DNA of 64,000 nucleotides from an uncultured Gemmatimonadales bacterium (GTDB taxonomy: Bacteria; Gemmatimonadota; Gemmatimonadetes; Gemmatimonadales; GWC2-71-9), in NCBI GenBank assembly GCA_963828735.1, contig CAWHFW010000006.1:64001-128000 (forward strand). Direction: 5' to 3'. The position numbers were made by a program, and so were the translations under genes. Shown in pieces: positions 60,678 through 64,000 of the stretch; position 1 is the first letter of the stretch, and every line of letters starts with the position of its first letter. The notes under the pieces were generated by a model. The model saw only the letters and a program-made list of their open reading frames with translations. It was not told the DNA's origin and did not search any database.

Positions 60678-61459
60678 CCCTGCGGCGGAATCGGACGGCG
60701 CTCGCCGGCGAGCGGCGGGAGGCGCCTCGGCCTCGCCGGCGCGCCGCGCCGCACGCCGCGGACGGCGGAGGTTGAACCGCAGGATGTGGACAGATGGCCG
60801 CGACGCCGTCCCGCCAGCCGATCTTCTTGCCCTCGGCGTAGGTGCGGCCCGAGTAGGAGATCGAGACCTCCCAGACGCGGGCGCGCGCCTGTGCCAGGCG
60901 CGCGGTCAGCTCCGGCTCGAAGCCGAAGCGGTCGCTGGTGAGGACGAGTGACTTCATGAGCGGCCCGCGCACGGCCTTGTAGCAGGTCTCCATGTCGGTG
61001 AGGTTCAGGTCGGTGAGCATGTTCGACAGCAGCGTCAGGAAGCGGTTGCCCACCGAGTGCCAGAAGTAGAGGACCCGGTGGTCGCCGCCGAGGAAACGCG
61101 ACCCGAAGACCGCGTCGGCGCGCCCGTCCGTGATCGGAGCCAGCAGGCGCGGCAGCTCCGCGGGATCGTATTCGAGATCGGCGTCCTGGATCACGATCAC
61201 GTCCCCGGTCGCGGCCTCGATGCCGGCGCGGATGGCCGCGCCCTTCCCCCGATTCACCGGCTGATCCACCACCAGGTCCACGGCGCCCTCGGCCTCGAGC
61301 CGGCGGAGGATCGCCGCCGAGTTGTCGGTCGAGGCATCGTTCACCGCGATGATCTCCGTGCGCAGCGGCACGGCCCGGACACGCGCGACGATCTGGGCGA
61401 CGCGTCGCCTCCTCGTTGTAGACCGGAATGACGACCGAGAGAAGCGGATCTCCCGTCAC
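60674..61459 (-). CDS. Glycosyltransferase family 2 (DPM synthase-like), frameshifted
   Basis: [49 protein letters not shown]. Confidence 0.88.
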   Translation of the reverse strand: MTGDPLLSVVIPVYNEEATRRPDRRACPGRAAAHGDHRGERCLDRQLGGDPPPARGRGRRGPGGGSAGESGEGRGHPRRHRGRDRGRDRDPGRRSRIRSRGAAAPAGSDHGRARRRGLRVAFPRRRPPGPLLLALGGQPLPDAAVEHAHRPEPHRHGDLLQGRARAAHEVTRPHQRPLRLRAGADRAPGTGARPRLGGLDLLLGPHLRRGQEDRLAGRRRGHLSTSCGSTSAVRGVRRGAPARPRRLPPLAGERRPIPPQG

Positions 61460-62267
61460 CGGGTCGCCTCGGACGCGGCCGCCGGACAGTCGGCCGGATC
61501 GTTCGCCTCGTCGTAGGGCGTCACCCGCGGGCGGTCGTATTCGCCGCGGAGACAGTTGGCCCGGATGGCCAGCAGGTCGGCGGCCATGCGCAGCGAGTCC
61601 CGCACGATGCGCACCTTCGAGCCGGGCTGGTGCACCCAGTTCACCGGGATCTCCGCGATCCGGTAGCCCCGCCGCTGGGCCATCAGCAGCACCTCGACGT
61701 CGAAGCTGAACCCGGACATGCGCATCCGGGAGAACAGATCGTGGGCCACCGCTCCGCGGAACAGCTTGAAGCCGCACTGCGTGTCGCTGGATGCCGCGGA
61801 CGGTGAACGAGCGCACCAGGAAGTGAAAGGTTCGGCCCATCACGTGGCGATACCAGCGGCGCTCGACGCTGCACGCCCGCTCCCGGCGTCACCACGCGTG
61901 ATCCCACGGCGACATCCGCTCCGGTCTCCAGCGCGCGCTCGAGCCGCTCGAGCTCGGCGATGGGCGTCGCGCCGTCGGCGTCGGCGAGCAGGACGCGGCG
62001 CCTCGCGCAGTTCACGACACCGGTGCGCACCGCGTAGCCCTTGCCGTGGTTCTGGGCCAACCGGATGAGCCGGACCTCGGGATATCGCCGGGACAGTCGC
62101 GCCACGACCCCGCTGGTCCCGTCGCGGCTGCCGTCGTCCACGACGACGATCTCCGCGGCCGTCTTCCGGTCCCGGAAATACGTCGCCATCTCGACGACGG
62201 CGCGCTCGATGCGCGACTCCTCGTCGAGGGCCGGAACGACGACCGAATATGCCAGGCGCGTTGTCAT
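61456..62267 (-). CDS. Polyprenyl-phosphate glycosyltransferase (Alg5/DPG synthase-like GT2), frameshifted
   Basis: VVDDGSRD, NHGKGYAVR, DADGAT, DTQCGFKLF, FSFDVEVL, WVHQPGSKV. Confidence 0.88.
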
Positions 62268-62403
62268 AGGGAGGATCGCCCAGTGGGCAACTACCGTGCC
62301 TTCCGACCCCTGGGCCGGACGGCCTGACGGGCCGGAAATCGCCGAGCGGCCACGCTATTGTGTGGCTCCGAAGCTACAGCCATGCCCTCGCAATCGCCAT
62401 GCG

Positions 62404-63003
62404 TCAGCCGGCGGTTTCGGCAGTCGAGCGCTTCCGCCAGGCCGCCGCCTGCACCGCGATCCGCCAGCCGTCGAAGCCGCGGAGCGGGATGAGGTTGAGC
62501 AGCATGAAGGCGTTCACGAGAAACACGGTGAGCGAGAGCATGAACACCGGCAGCGAAGGCCGGTGGGTGGAGTGCCAGTAGACGCGGACCGCCTGCGCGG
62601 CCACCAGGTTGCCGAACGTGCCGGCCGCCGAGATGAGCGGCGCGCGCCAGGAGCTGCCCCGATGCCACTCGAACCTGGCACCGCCCATCGCGGCGTCCTC
62701 GTATCCGAGGCGGACGGCGTCCGAGTCGATCAGTCGGACTTCGCCGTGGAGCGGGAAGAGAGCGAGACGAAGGTGCACCCCATTGATGACGCCATGCCAG
62801 ATCGTGGGACCGCGGCCGAGCGCGATGCCCCAGATGCGGATGCCGAGGAGCCGCGCCGACAGCGCGTGCCCGAGCTCGTGCACGATCAGGGCGACCCAGG
62901 TCGCGACGTAGACCAGGCCCAGCACACGCAGGCCATACGGCAGCGACCAGTAGATCGTTCCCGCCGCCGCACCGGCGGACGGGAGCGAGGCTGCGAGGAT
63001 CAC
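62404..63003 (-). CDS. Site-2 protease (M50) family protein
   Basis: HELGH, AAG..GN, NLIP..GFDG. Confidence 0.85.
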   Translation of the reverse strand: MILAASLPSAGAAAGTIYWSLPYGLRVLGLVYVATWVALIVHELGHALSARLLGIRIWGIALGRGPTIWHGVINGVHLRLALFPLHGEVRLIDSDAVRLGYEDAAMGGARFEWHRGSSWRAPLISAAGTFGNLVAAQAVRVYWHSTHRPSLPVFMLSLTVFLVNAFMLLNLIPLRGFDGWRIAVQAAAWRKRSTAETAG

Positions 63004-63263
63004 GCGTAGTCCCTCGAAGGAAGCTCTTTGCCGGCCGCGTTCGACTCTGCCGCAGGCTGCTCCGCCGGCGGCGGCGTCTTCGCCACGCGGAGGGCCTGGA
63101 GGAACCGCACCACCGAGAGCGTCGTGAGGACGGCGGCGGCCAGGAGAAGCGCGACGCTCGCGGTTCCGGTGACGAAGGTGGACAGCACGACGGCCAACAA
63201 TCCCATCGAGGAGAAGCGCAACGAAGGCGCGAAAGGCCACGGCTGCGGCTTGCGGTCCGTCAT
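63000..63263 (-). CDS. Small hypothetical membrane protein
   Basis: GGAG RBS; two TM segments; GTGA overlap with the M50 gene. Confidence 0.6.
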   Translation of the reverse strand: MTDRKPQPWPFAPSLRFSSMGLLAVVLSTFVTGTASVALLLAAAVLTTLSVVRFLQALRVAKTPPPAEQPAAESNAAGKELPSRDYA

Positions 63264-63334
63264 GGGCGATCTCCAGATGGGATGAAGGTAACCGATTCTT
63301 CGCCGCACTCGAGCGCTGCGGAGGGTCGGTCCGC

Positions 63335-64000
63335 TCATGGAAATGTACAACGAACGACGAGGACTTCGCCTGAAGCATATGAGGGCTCCAGGCGTCCGCC
63401 TCGGTCACGAAGCGCCTGGTAGAGTCTGGTGCGATAAGGCGGGGTATGCGAGATGACGAGCCAGACAGTCTGCCCAGCGGCCTGGATTCGCGCTGCCTCA
63501 CGCGCAGCCCACTCCTCCGCCGGGCCGAAATCAGGAGTATCCCAACCTTGTCGAACACGGATCCCCGAGGCCCGTCCCCAGATCTCGTGGCGACTTCCGA
63601 CCCATGATTCCAGGGCCGTCGAATCGTCGTCGCTCTGCCGAAGCTCTGTGAGGGTCGCGTTTTCGAATGCCGCCCCGCCCGAGCTGCCGGCGTGCGCCGC
63701 ACGTTGGAGCGTCGCGGTGTCCGGGTGCAACCAGTCGGTCGTGTAGTACACCCAGGCAGGGAGCGCTCCGGGAAGGATGTAGATTCTCGCCTCCGGCCCG
63801 GCGGTTCTCCGCACCATCTGCACTGCAGGACGGAGGTGCTCCCAGGCGAGCGGGTCGGCCACATCCCGTGCGTCGCGCTCGAGCGGGATCCAGAGCAAGG
63901 CGAGGCCGGCTGCTGCCCATGTCCACGTGCGAAGGTGAGGCGAGAGCGCACCAACGATCTGCTCCAGTCCCGCACCGGCGCCCCAGAGGAGAGATGGCAC
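63335..64000 (-). CDS. C-terminal part of a third YTTDW-family membrane protein (partial)
   Basis: PAWVYYTTDWLHPDT..GGAAFEN..WAAREAARI matches the other two paralogues. Confidence 0.7.
   Translation of the reverse strand: MPSLLWGAGAGLEQIVGALSPHLRTWTWAAAGLALLWIPLERDARDVADPLAWEHLRPAVQMVRRTAGPEARIYILPGALPAWVYYTTDWLHPDTATLQRAAHAGSSGGAAFENATLTELRQSDDDSTALESWVGSRHEIWGRASGIRVRQGWDTPDFGPAEEWAAREAARIQAAGQTVWLVISHTPPYRTRLYQALRDRGGRLEPSYASGEVLVVRCTFP

Noticed and set aside
59629..61371. Apparent GT2 - membrane protein fusion (580 aa)
   Set aside because: Read-through caused by indels; the middle part is out of frame.

Overview
High-GC bacterial chromosomal segment. The gene repertoire (TamA/TamB-like pair, RCC1- and TolB-repeat lipoproteins, chelatase-like ATPase/VWA pair) suggests a Gemmatimonadota-like organism; this is an inference. 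About 60 CDS: outer-membrane assembly, peptide ABC transporter plus dacB, housekeeping genes (FNR, pduO, aroB, sigma factor, glcDEF), a metal/arsenic island (31-36.5 kb), a complete Flp/Tad pilus locus with extra genes (40.8-52.9 kb) and a glycosylation cluster (53.4-64 kb). Many single-base frameshifts, densest after 55 kb, look like long-read errors. No tRNA, rRNA, CRISPR array or transposase was seen. Most interesting: (1) a 27-aa, 9-Cys metallothionein-like gene at 11476-11559, below the ORF-track size cutoff, with its own promoter, RBS and terminator; (2) a CutF/CruR(DUF2946)-like leader ORF (CxCH...RPP) upstream of a two-repeat Met/His-rich lipoprotein; (3) an orphan C-terminal tadG paralogue remnant beside an AT-richer tadG; (4) three paralogous GT-C-like proteins sharing a YTTDW motif next to the Tad locus; (5) a recurring 25-bp IHF-like palindrome, twice upstream of sigma54-type promoters.
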